Sequence record: PV231353.1
Strand: one strand, 5' to 3'
DNA length: 64,000 bases
Shown here: piece after piece, positions 1-9,344 of the stretch
Layout: each line of letters starts with the position of its first letter
How positions within the stretch are numbered: the stretch's first letter is position 1
Translations under genes and position numbers: made by a program
Notes under the pieces: model-generated
What the model was told of the DNA's origin: nothing
What the model saw: only the letters and a program-made list of their open reading frames with translations
The model's database searches: none

Positions 1-144
1 TGGATGGTCCCGACCTATCACGACATGCCCAGCCTCGACCTGATGCTCAGGCACGTCACCTTCCGCTGCCTGGACGTCAAGTCGGCCGCCTACTACGTCG
101 CCGACCTGATGAAGGAGTTCTGGGCCGAGGGCTCGCCGCGATGA
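1..144 (+). CDS. 3' end of hypothetical protein (partial)
   Basis: Frame 1 open from base 1 (WMVPTYHDMP...EGSPR*), GC3-rich codons, TGA overlaps next ATG. Confidence 0.7.
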   Translation, partial: WMVPTYHDMPSLDLMLRHVTFRCLDVKSAAYYVADLMKEFWAEGSPR

Positions 145-443
145 GCGACCACGACGCCTGCCTGACCAACTGGGTCCTCTGCGACGCGCCCGGCGGCGGG
201 CTGGTGGTGATCGGCGAAATCATGGCCGACAAGCGCGGGCGCTGGCCGGACGGGCGGCTCATCCACACCTCGCTCCTCCAGGTCAAGGCCGAGGCGGTGG
301 CGCCGGGCGCGGTGGTCGCCACGCTCAACTCCCGCTACATCCTGGGGCGCAAGGCCGAGGAGATCACCGTCCGGCACTTCGTCGGGGCGATGCTCGCCCG
401 CGTCGCGATCAGACCGCTTGACAACACTCTCGCGCCAACATAG
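141..443 (+). CDS. hypothetical phage protein
   Basis: ATGA coupling; W..L...IIGEI..D.RGRWPDG..IHTS pattern. Confidence 0.75.
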   Translation: MSDHDACLTNWVLCDAPGGGLVVIGEIMADKRGRWPDGRLIHTSLLQVKAEAVAPGAVVATLNSRYILGRKAEEITVRHFVGAMLARVAIRPLDNTLAPT

Positions 444-462
444 AAGGGTCCTCGACGACAAC
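418..462 (+). promoter_or_regulatory. sigma70-type promoter with CCTCGACGACAAC start-site motif
   Basis: TTGACA(418)-N17-TAGAAG(441), then CCTCGACGACAAC. Confidence 0.7.
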
Positions 463-510
463 GGCTGTCCGAAATTTGTAGACAGATTTCGGACATAGAG
501 GAGCACCCCG

Positions 511-894
511 ATGGCCCAGCGCCTGAAGATCAAGGAAGTCGTGGTGGCGCAGCAGGACGCTGTCTACCACTGGCGTGGCGAGGAAGGCGACGAGTATCAG
601 GTCATGAGCCTCGTCCACGTCCAGACCCTGGACGGCCGCTGGTTCCTGATGCCGGCCATGCGCCCCTACACCCGCGCCGAGGAGGCCGCGTTCGACGAGG
701 CCTGCGGCGAAATCCTGTTCGGGATGAAGACCCGCTACTCGGACCCGCAGGCCTTCGCCGCCATCGTCCGCGCCGCCGGCTCGATCGATCCTGATCTGTG
801 GGTCGAATATCAGCCCGACACCCGCACCCTGGAAGAGAAGTTCCACGACGACTGGGTCGAGGAACAGTTCGACCGCCAACGCTTCGCCGCCTGA
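511..894 (+). CDS. hypothetical protein
   Basis: GAGGAG SD, phage-typical codon usage. Confidence 0.8.
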   Translation: MAQRLKIKEVVVAQQDAVYHWRGEEGDEYQVMSLVHVQTLDGRWFLMPAMRPYTRAEEAAFDEACGEILFGMKTRYSDPQAFAAIVRAAGSIDPDLWVEYQPDTRTLEEKFHDDWVEEQFDRQRFAA

Positions 895-904
895 GGAGGA
901 CCCG

Positions 905-1372
905 ATGAGCTACCAACAAGCCCTGATGGACGCCCAGGCCGCGTTCCACGCCCACGAGATGGACGTCAACGACCGCGCCTGGGAGCGCTTCGTCAAGAAG
1001 CTGGAGGACGTCCTGGGCTTCGACATCGACGCCGACAACTCCGAGGAGGCCAAGGCCTTCTACTGCGACATGGGCTACTCGCTCGACGAGACCTTCGAGA
1101 TGTTCGACAAGGGCATGAGCGTCGAGCAGGCCCGCGTCGCCATCCTGCGCAGCGCCTATGAGGCCGCCGCCCGCGCCGCCGGCGTGGGCCTGGACGCCCT
1201 GGTCGAGGCCGAGAAGCGCGCGATCGCCTGCCGTGACGCCCTGCCCGAAAAGCGCAAGGTGGACCGCGAGCAATACGCCCACTACGCCAACCTGCTGGGC
1301 AAGATGATCGCCCGCATCCGCGAGGTCGGCGACGACTCGGGCGCGGCGCTTGAGAAGGCGTTCGGCCAATGA
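905..1372 (+). CDS. hypothetical protein
   Basis: GAGGAGG SD, 155 aa. Confidence 0.8.
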   Translation: MSYQQALMDAQAAFHAHEMDVNDRAWERFVKKLEDVLGFDIDADNSEEAKAFYCDMGYSLDETFEMFDKGMSVEQARVAILRSAYEAAARAAGVGLDALVEAEKRAIACRDALPEKRKVDREQYAHYANLLGKMIARIREVGDDSGAALEKAFGQ

Positions 1373-1596
1373 GCGGCGGTCTCCACATGCGCCGGATCGA
1401 TCACCCGCCGGGCCACGAGCTTCACGGCGTCACCGAGCGCGAGTTCGAGTGGTTCGGCAAGTCCTATCACGTGCGCAAGGAGTCCGGCGCCGTGCGGGTC
1501 TGGGTCCGCAAGAAGCGCGGGAGCCACTACCGCTTCCTGTCGCGCGACAGCGTGATCGCCGCCTGCGTCCGCCAAGCCTCGGGGCTCTTCCAATGA
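1369..1596 (+). CDS. hypothetical protein
   Basis: ATGA overlaps at both ends. Confidence 0.75.
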   Translation: MSGGLHMRRIDHPPGHELHGVTEREFEWFGKSYHVRKESGAVRVWVRKKRGSHYRFLSRDSVIAACVRQASGLFQ

Positions 1597-1991
1597 GCCG
1601 CCCGTCGATCGCGGTGGTCGCCGCCACGCCGGCCCTGGCGCCCATGCAGTGGGACATCGTCGACCTCAAGGTCGTCGACGACAGCCTGGGCGTTCGCGGC
1701 GGCGGCGTGCGGATGTGCGCTCGTGACGCCGATCCGGTGATGCCGGTCCCGCCCTGGGTCGAGTTCAAGGTCGTGCTCGGATGCTTCGACACCTATGAGG
1801 ACGCCTCGGCGGCCCGCCAGAAGGCCCGCGATCTCTGGGACGAAGCCACCAAGGCCGTTGACGCGGCGGATGCCGCCTGCGCTGCCGCGCACAAGGCCTG
1901 GAACCAAGCCATCGCCGTCGTTGACGTCGTCTTCACTGAGCGCACCCGCGCCTGTCGCGCGCCGTTCCTCGGCACGCCCACCGACTACTAG
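1593..1991 (+). CDS. hypothetical protein
   Basis: Internal ATG 1593 of the 1350-1991 ORF, coupled to upstream stop. Confidence 0.7.
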   Translation: MSRPSIAVVAATPALAPMQWDIVDLKVVDDSLGVRGGGVRMCARDADPVMPVPPWVEFKVVLGCFDTYEDASAARQKARDLWDEATKAVDAADAACAAAHKAWNQAIAVVDVVFTERTRACRAPFLGTPTDY

Positions 1992-1999
1992 GAGGTCCC

Positions 2000-2375
2000 A
2001 TGCGCAAGCCCAAGAAGACCGAGCAGGCCTATATCGTGTCGGGGACGTGGCCGTTTCCGACCGACATGCTGCGCTACGACGACGCCCGCCCGGCGACGGA
2101 GGGCGACGCCAACCTGATCAAGGCTCTGGAGAGCGAGGACCCTCGCTTTCGGACCTGCGCAACCGCGTCCAGATCAAGCTGATCCGCCCGGCCAACGGCC
2201 TGCCCGCCGTCAAGCGCTGGGAGTCCTTCCTCTGGAAGGTCGTGGGCGGCGACGAGGAGATCGCGGCGGACGTGGCGTGGCGCGAGGCCCTGGATAACCG
2301 CGACGCCCTGCGCAAGTCCGGCCTCGCCAAGCTGACCCCGCCGAGCGCGCCGCGCTCAATCTCGACATCCGCTAG
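2000..2375 (+). CDS. hypothetical protein (two apparent sequence-error frameshifts)
   Basis: AGGAGG SD; coding frame shifts near 2150 and 2340 (FP.DMLRYD ... DLRNRVQIKL ... LNLDIR*). Confidence 0.65.
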
Positions 2376-2389
2376 GACAAGGAGGTCCC

Positions 2390-2875
2390 ATGCCCTGCAA
2401 TTCCGAATATCAACAGCCGAACGCGCGCGAAGCCGAGTCCAAGAAGGTCGCCGGCCTGCTGGTCTATGTCCACGATAAGCTGGGCCGCACCGATCTTTCG
2501 AGCAGCATCCGTACCATCGCCAACACCTACTACGGCGCGCCCGAACGCTGCGATGAACTGACCGAACGGCTCTGCTCGATGCTGCGCGACCTGACGGTCG
2601 ATGAGCAGAACGAGGTCATCTACGACGGCCGCAATCCCAAGGCGCGCGAACTGGCCGACTGGTGGGAGCGTCACCAGGAGCATGACCGCAAGCGCGCCGA
2701 GGCCGAAGCCCAGGCCGCCAAGCCCACGCTGAAGCAAGCCGTCTCGGCGGTGATCGCCCAACTCGACTATTCGTCCAACGGCAAGGTGTTCCCGACCGAA
2801 GGCGGCGAGGCCCTGCCGCCGAAGCTGGCCCAGGCGTTGAACGCCATGACCGACGCCTGGAACGACGGGCGCTGA
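2390..2875 (+). CDS. hypothetical protein
   Basis: AAGGAGG SD; MPC N-terminus, LCSMLR ... WW.RHQEHD.KR. Confidence 0.8.
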   Translation: MPCNSEYQQPNAREAESKKVAGLLVYVHDKLGRTDLSSSIRTIANTYYGAPERCDELTERLCSMLRDLTVDEQNEVIYDGRNPKARELADWWERHQEHDRKRAEAEAQAAKPTLKQAVSAVIAQLDYSSNGKVFPTEGGEALPPKLAQALNAMTDAWNDGR

Positions 2876-2892
2876 TCGTTGGCTCCGATGTG

Positions 2893-2938
2893 TTGACAAG
2901 AAGCGGCGGCCTCCTGTAGAAGCATCCTCGACGACAAC
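2893..2938 (+). promoter_or_regulatory. sigma70-type promoter with CCTCGACGACAAC motif
   Basis: TTGACA(2893)-N18-TAGAAG, then CCTCGACGACAAC and AGGAGG. Confidence 0.7.
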
Positions 2939-2951
2939 AGGAGGCCCCGCC

Positions 2952-3446
2952 TTGACCGACACCATCGCGCCCGGAACCGAGTTCGAAGACGCCGTCGCCC
3001 TCGGCGTCGAGATCATCCAGTCCAAGCCGCCGCACCTGACCGCCCGTGAGGCGGTCGAGAAGTTCCAGCACCAGCCGGACGAGTTCCGCCTGCTGGTCAC
3101 CCGCTTCAACAAGGCGACCGCCGCCTTGCCGGCGGTGGTCCATGGCCACCAGTTGCAGTCGACCTGCGCCCAGTGGGTGCTCGACGCGGCCCAGCGGCTG
3201 CTCGATCTTCCGTTCGAGACGATCGAGCAGCGCGTGGCGTTCTACGCCAAGCAGATGACGCTCCCGGCCTATGGCTACCTGATGGATCGCTACAAGGACC
3301 GGCTCGACGCCAAGATCGCCATCATCCGGGCCTGCCTGGAAGACCGCAACCACGTCGGCGCCAGCTACAACCTGGGCATCCTGGAAGAGGACTTCCAGGA
3401 GATGGTCGACCGTCACGACGATCTGGTCTCGGACGGCTACCCTTGA
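2952..3446 (+). CDS. hypothetical protein
   Basis: TTG start with AGGAGG SD. Confidence 0.75.
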   Translation: MTDTIAPGTEFEDAVALGVEIIQSKPPHLTAREAVEKFQHQPDEFRLLVTRFNKATAALPAVVHGHQLQSTCAQWVLDAAQRLLDLPFETIEQRVAFYAKQMTLPAYGYLMDRYKDRLDAKIAIIRACLEDRNHVGASYNLGILEEDFQEMVDRHDDLVSDGYP

Positions 3447-3517
3447 TGGGCGCTTGCAGCCGTCACAACTCCAGCCTAGCTTCCCGCGCCGCGCTGTTGC
3501 GGTCATGAGGATCCGAA

Positions 3518-3778
3518 ATGGACAGGCTGAAAGTCAAGCTCTTCGCCAAGGGGATTCATACCTCGGCCGAGGCCCTGGTCGATGCGATCGCGGCGCTCCC
3601 CGAGGGACCGGAGAAGGACGCGGTGGTCGCGGCCGAGAAGCAGTTGCACGCGCGGCTGAACTGGGGCGCGGCGAAGGCCGGCGAGTTCTTCGGGGACGAG
3701 TCGATCTCGCTCCTGGCCCAGCGGCGCACCGGCGGCGAGGACAAGCCGGACGCCCCCGAGGTTCCGCCCGGCGGCTGA
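3518..3778 (+). CDS. hypothetical protein
   Basis: 86 aa, GAGGA SD, GC3 bias. Confidence 0.7.
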   Translation: MDRLKVKLFAKGIHTSAEALVDAIAALPEGPEKDAVVAAEKQLHARLNWGAAKAGEFFGDESISLLAQRRTGGEDKPDAPEVPPGG

Positions 3779-3788
3779 CGGGTGCGTC

Positions 3789-4289
3789 ATGGGCCTGACG
3801 GGCTGCACCTTCGCAGTCCTGACGGCCGGCTCGGTCGCCTATGCGATCGACCGTGGCGGTAAGGCGCTGAAGCTCAGCGCCTTCCTGCTGCTGGCGTCCT
3901 GGGCGTTCTCGGTCACCCTGGGCCAGACCCTCGACGCGGGCATGAAGCCCTACGTCTACGCCTGGGTCGACGCCCTGTTCGCGGGCGCCATGGGGATATT
4001 GATCTCCGCCCGCCTCCAGCGCTGGCGTGTCGCCCTGTTCGTCCTGGCCCTCGTCCAGATGGCCCTTCACGTGATCATGATCGGAGCCTGGGACTTCTCG
4101 CTCCACGTCCGCCGGCTCCACGTCCTGGGGCTCAACCTGACCTATGGCCTGGAACTCCTGACCCTGACGCTCGGCGCGGTGGTCTACCGCGTCGAGATCG
4201 AGGACGACATGCCGGCGCTGATCGAGGCCGACGGTCCCGGACTCGGCTGGCTTGAATGTGTTGACAAAGCCAGAGAGCCCAGTCTATAA
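3789..4289 (+). CDS. multi-pass membrane protein
   Basis: Four to five hydrophobic segments in 166 aa. Confidence 0.7.
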   Translation: MGLTGCTFAVLTAGSVAYAIDRGGKALKLSAFLLLASWAFSVTLGQTLDAGMKPYVYAWVDALFAGAMGILISARLQRWRVALFVLALVQMALHVIMIGAWDFSLHVRRLHVLGLNLTYGLELLTLTLGAVVYRVEIEDDMPALIEADGPGLGWLECVDKAREPSL

Positions 4290-4305
4290 GCACCTCGACG
4301 ACAAC
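4261..4305 (+). promoter_or_regulatory. sigma70-type promoter with CCTCGACGACAAC motif
   Basis: TTGACA(4261)-N18-TATAAG, then CCTCGACGACAAC and GAGGAGG. Confidence 0.7.
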
Positions 4306-4318
4306 GAGGAGGCCCTTC

Positions 4319-4756
4319 ATGCGCCGCGCACCCAAGACCGCCACGATCTCCCGCGCCCTCGCCTATCTGGCGATCACCGGCGGGACCTCCTGCCTGACGA
4401 TCAATACGCGTCTGGCTCTCTACCCCTATCACGAGTTTGTCGAGCAGAAGTACAAGATCGGCGACACCGAACTGACGCGCCACGTCTACAAGCTCACCCC
4501 GGAGGGCGAGGCCCTGGCCCAGAAGAGCCGCCTGTGGCGAGGCCACCAGAAGCTCACCGAGATGGGCTTCCGCTTCGAGCCGAAGCGCCGGCGGCGCCAG
4601 TCCTCTAGCTTCCTCTCCTACAACCACGCCGAGCACATGTGCCGCAACGACCGTCGCGGCGCTTTCATCTCCGGCGACCACGTCTACGCCCAGCCGGCGC
4701 CGGGCCAGACGCCTGAAGGCAAGAAGGACTGGGACTATATCGAGGTGAGCCTGTGA
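4319..4756 (+). CDS. hypothetical protein, possible winged-helix
   Basis: YKLTPEG wing-like motif; strong SD. Confidence 0.7.
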   Translation: MRRAPKTATISRALAYLAITGGTSCLTINTRLALYPYHEFVEQKYKIGDTELTRHVYKLTPEGEALAQKSRLWRGHQKLTEMGFRFEPKRRRRQSSSFLSYNHAEHMCRNDRRGAFISGDHVYAQPAPGQTPEGKKDWDYIEVSL

Positions 4757-5112
4757 GCGAACGCACCTCGTCCGACATCCTGATCGCCGCCGCCGAACTC
4801 CTGGAGACGCAGGGCTGGGGCCAGGGCGCCGCCGTGGTCGACACCGCCGACGCCGGCGGAGCCCTGTGCGCCAATATCGCGCTGGGCCACGCCTCGGTGC
4901 GCATCGACCCCAAGGACTACGCCGCCTACACCGGCGCCCAGGTCGCCCTCCTGAAGCATCTGGGGATCGACCTGGGGCCGGCGCTGCTCCAGAAGACGAC
5001 CAAGGCCAGCCTGATCATCGACTGGAACGACGCACCCGAGCGCACCGCCCGCGAAGTGGTCGACGCCCTGCGCGGCGCGGCGGACGCCCTGCGCCGGGAG
5101 GTGCGGTCTTGA
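4753..5112 (+). CDS. conserved phage protein, WNDAPxRT family, paralogue 1
   Basis: LL..QGWGQG...C..WNDAPERTAREVVDALR. Confidence 0.8.
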   Translation: MSERTSSDILIAAAELLETQGWGQGAAVVDTADAGGALCANIALGHASVRIDPKDYAAYTGAQVALLKHLGIDLGPALLQKTTKASLIIDWNDAPERTAREVVDALRGAADALRREVRS

Positions 5113-5489
5113 TCACCCCCGTCCAGCAAATCCTCACCGACGCGGCCGTGCTGCTTGAAGAGCGCGGCTGGGGCCAGGGCAGCGACACGATCCGGACGGC
5201 CGATCTGGGCGGGGCGATGTGTCTCAACCTCGCCCTGGGCGCGGTCCACTCCGAAGAGATGGCGACCTTCCGCGCGGCCCAGTACGCCCTCATCAAACAT
5301 CTGGGCCTGGAGGTGGTCACCGAATATGACCGCTTCGCTGGCCTGACGCGTGAGATGCCGGGCGTGACCCTGGTCAACTGGAACGACGCGCCGGGCCGCA
5401 CCGCCCGCGAGGTGACCGACGCCCTGCGGGCGACCGCCCTGTCGGTGGTGGTCGACGCCCTGTCGGCGGCAGAAGAGGCCATGGCCTGA
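5109..5489 (+). CDS. conserved phage protein, WNDAPxRT family, paralogue 2
   Basis: TTG 5109; LLEERGWGQG...C..WNDAPGRTAREVTDALR. Confidence 0.8.
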   Translation: MITPVQQILTDAAVLLEERGWGQGSDTIRTADLGGAMCLNLALGAVHSEEMATFRAAQYALIKHLGLEVVTEYDRFAGLTREMPGVTLVNWNDAPGRTAREVTDALRATALSVVVDALSAAEEAMA

Positions 5490-5833
5490 TGCCCCGTCCC
5501 GCCCAACGCCGCCACGCCCTCTACCTGCTGGTCGTCAGTTGCGGCCCGCTGGTGATCATGAAGGGGCCGGAGGCCTTCACCCCCTGGTCGGTCCTGCGCA
5601 AGGCGATCCTCAAGACCATGCGCGAGGCGCATGGGCTGAAGGCCGCCGAGGTCTCGGCTATCGAGGGTCTGGCCGATCCGCGCGACGAGGACCCGCAGGA
5701 TCGCAACGCCGTCGAGAAGTTCGCCGCCGCCTTTGCGGGCTCGGACAACTTCCCGGCCTTCCACCTCTACGCCTGGACCGGCGAAGGTTTCGCCCTGGTC
5801 CGCGCGCCCATCGAACAGGAGACCGCCGCTTGA
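5489..5833 (+). CDS. hypothetical protein
   Basis: TGATG coupling. Confidence 0.7.
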   Translation: MPRPAQRRHALYLLVVSCGPLVIMKGPEAFTPWSVLRKAILKTMREAHGLKAAEVSAIEGLADPRDEDPQDRNAVEKFAAAFAGSDNFPAFHLYAWTGEGFALVRAPIEQETAA

Positions 5834-6369
5834 CTTCGCCTTCCATCCTCTTGAGCCGCGCGGCGCGCCGCCTGGAACAGCGAGGCGGCATGGACGCCTA
5901 CGACGCCCTCTGCGCGGTCACGGCCGGCGAGAGCGTCCGCGAAGCCCTGGTCGCCCTGATCCAGCACCTGGGGCTGGACTATGATCCCAACCGGCGCTTT
6001 CGCGAGCCGGTGCGGCGGTGGTGCTTCGCCGAGGGCCGCTCCCAGGCCGAGGTGATCGCCGCCCTGCGAGCCGCCGCCGCCCAGTCCCTTTCCCATCCCG
6101 CCACCGGAGGCGCCATGAACGACCCCTACGAGATCATCAACGGCTGGTGGTGGCTGAGTTTCTCCAGCGCCACCGGCTTCCTGGGCGTGGCGATCCTGCA
6201 CGCCGAGAGCTTCGACGCGGCCCTGCGCAAGAGCCACGCCGACGGGCTCAATCCGGGCGGCTCGGTCCAGGGGTTTCCGATCCCCGAGGAGTTCGTCCCG
6301 GCCGAGACCTACCGCAATCGCCTGCTGGGCGAAGCCGAAGCCCTTGCCGCCGGCGGGGTGCGCGCATGA
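5830..6369 (+). CDS. hypothetical; N-half a divergent WNDAP-family paralogue, probably a second gene from ATG 6115
   Basis: TTG 5830; W..AEGRSQAEVIAALR; internal GGAGG + ATG at 6115. Confidence 0.6.
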   Translation: MTSPSILLSRAARRLEQRGGMDAYDALCAVTAGESVREALVALIQHLGLDYDPNRRFREPVRRWCFAEGRSQAEVIAALRAAAAQSLSHPATGGAMNDPYEIINGWWWLSFSSATGFLGVAILHAESFDAALRKSHADGLNPGGSVQGFPIPEEFVPAETYRNRLLGEAEALAAGGVRA

Positions 6370-6845
6370 CCGAGGCCCGCATCTATAACGGCGCGGCCGG
6401 CGCCATCTTCATCCGCAATCCCAAGTACGGGGTGATCGAGACGGACTCGCTGGTGGTGATCGACCGCCCCGACGATCTCGAACATCACGGCCTGATCGGG
6501 CGGCTGCACATCCAGCCCGGCATGGACACGGTGATCGTCAAGGCCGGCGTCGTCCACGTCAACGTCTACCCCTGTCAGGTCCGGCCGCTGGCGCTGGGCG
6601 AGCGCATCGGCGATCCCGAGGCCAACGCCCACCTCCAGCAGATCGCCGAGATGGTCGGCGAGGGCGAGGACGTCGGCGCGGCCTGGGAGAGCGTCCAGGC
6701 GATCATCTTCGAGCGCGACAAGCTCCATACGGCGGCCGAGCGCGTGCGCGACTGCCTGCGGTCGGCGAACCTGACCGACTCGGTGCAGGACGTGCGCGGC
6801 GAGATCGAGACGGCGGCCAACTTCATCGCCGAGGCCCTGGCATGA
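6366..6845 (+). CDS. hypothetical protein
   Basis: ATGA coupling, GC3 bias. Confidence 0.75.
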   Translation: MTEARIYNGAAGAIFIRNPKYGVIETDSLVVIDRPDDLEHHGLIGRLHIQPGMDTVIVKAGVVHVNVYPCQVRPLALGERIGDPEANAHLQQIAEMVGEGEDVGAAWESVQAIIFERDKLHTAAERVRDCLRSANLTDSVQDVRGEIETAANFIAEALA

Positions 6846-7450
6846 GGGTCCCGCTAAGACAATGTCCGCCCGGTCCCTTCCTCCATGAGGGCGTCCTGGG
6901 CTTCAAGACCGAGTACGGGGCGATGGCCAGCCGCGAGTTGCCGAGCCCGCCACTGTCGGGGCGCCACCAGCGCGAGTGGTACGTCACCGACCACGCCGAC
7001 GCCTATTGCATGTCGTCCGGCGAGGCCTTCTGGGCGGGCGCCAAGTCGCGCGAGGAGCGAGACGCCCTCCTGGTCCAGCCGCTCCACGAGGGCTGGCTGA
7101 AGCTCAACCGCCCGAGCGACCGCGAGCAGCCCTCGGCGGCCGTGCTGCGCGAGGCGATCGATACGGCCCTGGTCCAGATCAGCGGTGGTCTCTGCTACTT
7201 CACGGCCGACGCCAAGCACGCCCAGTTGAGGGACGCCGAAAAGACCCTGGAGCGGGCGCTGAACGGCGGGCAGGTCCCGATCGAGAAGCGCGTCTACGCC
7301 GAGGAGCCGGGCGACGACTGGAGCCTGGAGCTTCACGTCTTCCACGCCGCCAACGACCCGAACCTGCCCCAGGCCACGCGGGAGCTTCTCAAGACCCTGT
7401 GGAAGGCCTACTGCGACATGGAACAACGCTGCGAAGGAGCCCAAACTTGA
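6842..7450 (+). CDS. hypothetical protein
   Basis: ATGA coupling; CPPG.FL...LGFKTEYG. Confidence 0.75.
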   Translation: MRVPLRQCPPGPFLHEGVLGFKTEYGAMASRELPSPPLSGRHQREWYVTDHADAYCMSSGEAFWAGAKSREERDALLVQPLHEGWLKLNRPSDREQPSAAVLREAIDTALVQISGGLCYFTADAKHAQLRDAEKTLERALNGGQVPIEKRVYAEEPGDDWSLELHVFHAANDPNLPQATRELLKTLWKAYCDMEQRCEGAQT

Positions 7451-7995
7451 ACATCCTGCAAGACCTCCTCGCCCACCCCGAGAACATGACGGACGCCTAT
7501 GCGTCCTGCATCTCCATGCGGATCGGCGACACCCTGGCCAGCCCTCGGCGCCAAGACCTCTTCGATCTGGCGACCACCCTGACCTCGATCTCGCACGCCC
7601 TGCTGGCCCAGGCCCCGCAGGAGGTGCGCAACGCCCTCATCCACGACAAGGCCGACGCCGGCGATCCGGTCATGTGCGCCTTCCGCCTCGGGCAGTTGTC
7701 GATGGCCGGCGAGATCATGGGCTACGAGGCCAGCCGCCGGGCCGATGACGACATCATCGAGGTGGTTCGCGCCCATCGCGGGTTCCTCGCCGACATCGCC
7801 GCCGGCCGCAACACCCAGCGCGAACTCGCCGCCCAGTTCGGGATGTCGGGTCGGGAGGTCCGCGTCACCCTGCGGCTCCTCGGGAGCAAGGGCCTCGTCA
7901 ACACCGTGCTTGGCAAGAAGGTCGGCGAGTTCGAGGCCCGGCCGACGCCGCTGGCCGAATCGGTGCTCGACCAGATCAGGAAGGCCGCCGCATGA
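7447..7995 (+). CDS. putative DNA-binding protein with C-terminal winged HTH
   Basis: TTG 7447; TQRELAAQFGMSGREVRVTLRLLGSKGLV. Confidence 0.7.
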   Translation: MNILQDLLAHPENMTDAYASCISMRIGDTLASPRRQDLFDLATTLTSISHALLAQAPQEVRNALIHDKADAGDPVMCAFRLGQLSMAGEIMGYEASRRADDDIIEVVRAHRGFLADIAAGRNTQRELAAQFGMSGREVRVTLRLLGSKGLVNTVLGKKVGEFEARPTPLAESVLDQIRKAAA

Positions 7996-8349
7996 GCGAG
8001 GGCGCCAAGCGCAAGCGGGCCGCCCGGCGCGCGCCGCAAAAGACGCTGATCGAAAAGCTCGACACGATCTCTCGACGAGAGCCTCGCCGGGATCGAGCAT
8101 CCCTCGCAGGTGGCGATCAATGTCTGCGTGCCCCGCGCGGACCTTCAGGAGGCCGTCAGGGGCCTGAAGCTGCGGGAGGTGTCCACCGGCCTGCCCGAGG
8201 ACTTCCTGGTCGCCTGGGACGATCTGCGGCGGGCGATCACCGCCGTCGAGACCGCCAGCCTCTACTCGATCGGCGAGGCCGTCCGCTGGCTGGAGGAAGA
8301 GCGCATGAAGTTCGACGCCAAGGTTCGCGACACGGCAAGGTACGCATGA
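7992..8349 (+). CDS. hypothetical protein (apparent frameshift near 8068)
   Basis: MSEGAKRK...KLDTI continues into LDESLAGIEHPSQVAINV in another frame. Confidence 0.6.
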
Positions 8350-8672
8350 CTCCCAAGACCTTCATCGACAAGCTGCGCGTCGGCGCCCAGAAGGCCTTGG
8401 CGCGCTCACGGGCCTGGACGCCCGAAGAGAACATCGTTCTCCAGACCCTGGTCTGGGCGCCAGCCAACATCCAGCAGCGCTCGGACCTCTATGTGGCGGG
8501 GGTGATGCGCGGCATGCTGGCCCTGATCTCGACGATGAGCGGCAAGGTCTCCGAGGAGATCAAGACGCTCCTGTGGATGGCCGGCGAGGCGACCGAGACC
8601 GAAGCGCCCGTGCCGGACGATCAGGTCCTGGCGGCCCTGGCGGCGCTCGACAGCCTGCACGCGAGGGGGTGA
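8346..8672 (+). CDS. hypothetical protein
   Basis: ATG 8346 coupled to upstream TGA. Confidence 0.7.
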   Translation: MTPKTFIDKLRVGAQKALARSRAWTPEENIVLQTLVWAPANIQQRSDLYVAGVMRGMLALISTMSGKVSEEIKTLLWMAGEATETEAPVPDDQVLAALAALDSLHARG

Positions 8673-9066
8673 TGGTCAGCGCCTATCAGCAATCGCTCAA
8701 CGCCCAGGCCCAAGGTCTGTCGACCCAGGTCGATCCGATCGCCCGAGGCTACTGGAAGAACGGCCAGTGGGTGCGCAACTCGCTGCATAACCGGCTGAAG
8801 GCCTATATCGCCAGGGTCCCGGATGTGGAATTCCATCGCTACTGGATCGCCCGGCCGGTTCGATCACCGTCCGGGGCATCTCGCCCAACGCCTATGTCCC
8901 GGTCACCAATCAGACAATCCCGGCCGCCCCGTTCGCCAAGGGCAAGTGGTGCTACACCACCCAGACCTTGCGCGCGCTGGTCGAGGCCGGCGTCCTGATG
9001 GTCGCCAGTCTCGACGTCCAGATGGACGGCAGCACCAAGGTGGCGATCTACAAGCCGGTGCGCTGA
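8672..9066 (+). CDS. hypothetical protein (apparent frameshifts near 8850-8880)
   Basis: Coding signal resumes as SPNAYVPVTNQ...YTTQTLRALVEAGVL...KPVR*. Confidence 0.55.
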
Positions 9067-9344
9067 TGCGACGGTTCATGCGGGCGCCCAGCCTGTCGAC
9101 CTATCCGATCCCCTACCAGCTTGAGCGCTACCTGCTCAACAACCGCGACGTGCGGCTGGTGCGCTGCCGTGACGGCTGGCGCCTCCAGGGCCGCACCGGC
9201 GTCTTCCACCGATCCCGTGTACCCGGCACCGGGCGCTACTCCTGGCGGTCGGTGGCGATCTGCCTGGACAGCCTCTGCGTGATCGAGAGCTATGACGAGA
9301 CCATGCGCCCCGACGTTGTCGGGCTCGCCAAGGACGTGGTGTGA
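9066..9344 (+). CDS. hypothetical protein
   Basis: TGATG coupling. Confidence 0.65.
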   Translation: MRRFMRAPSLSTYPIPYQLERYLLNNRDVRLVRCRDGWRLQGRTGVFHRSRVPGTGRYSWRSVAICLDSLCVIESYDETMRPDVVGLAKDVV

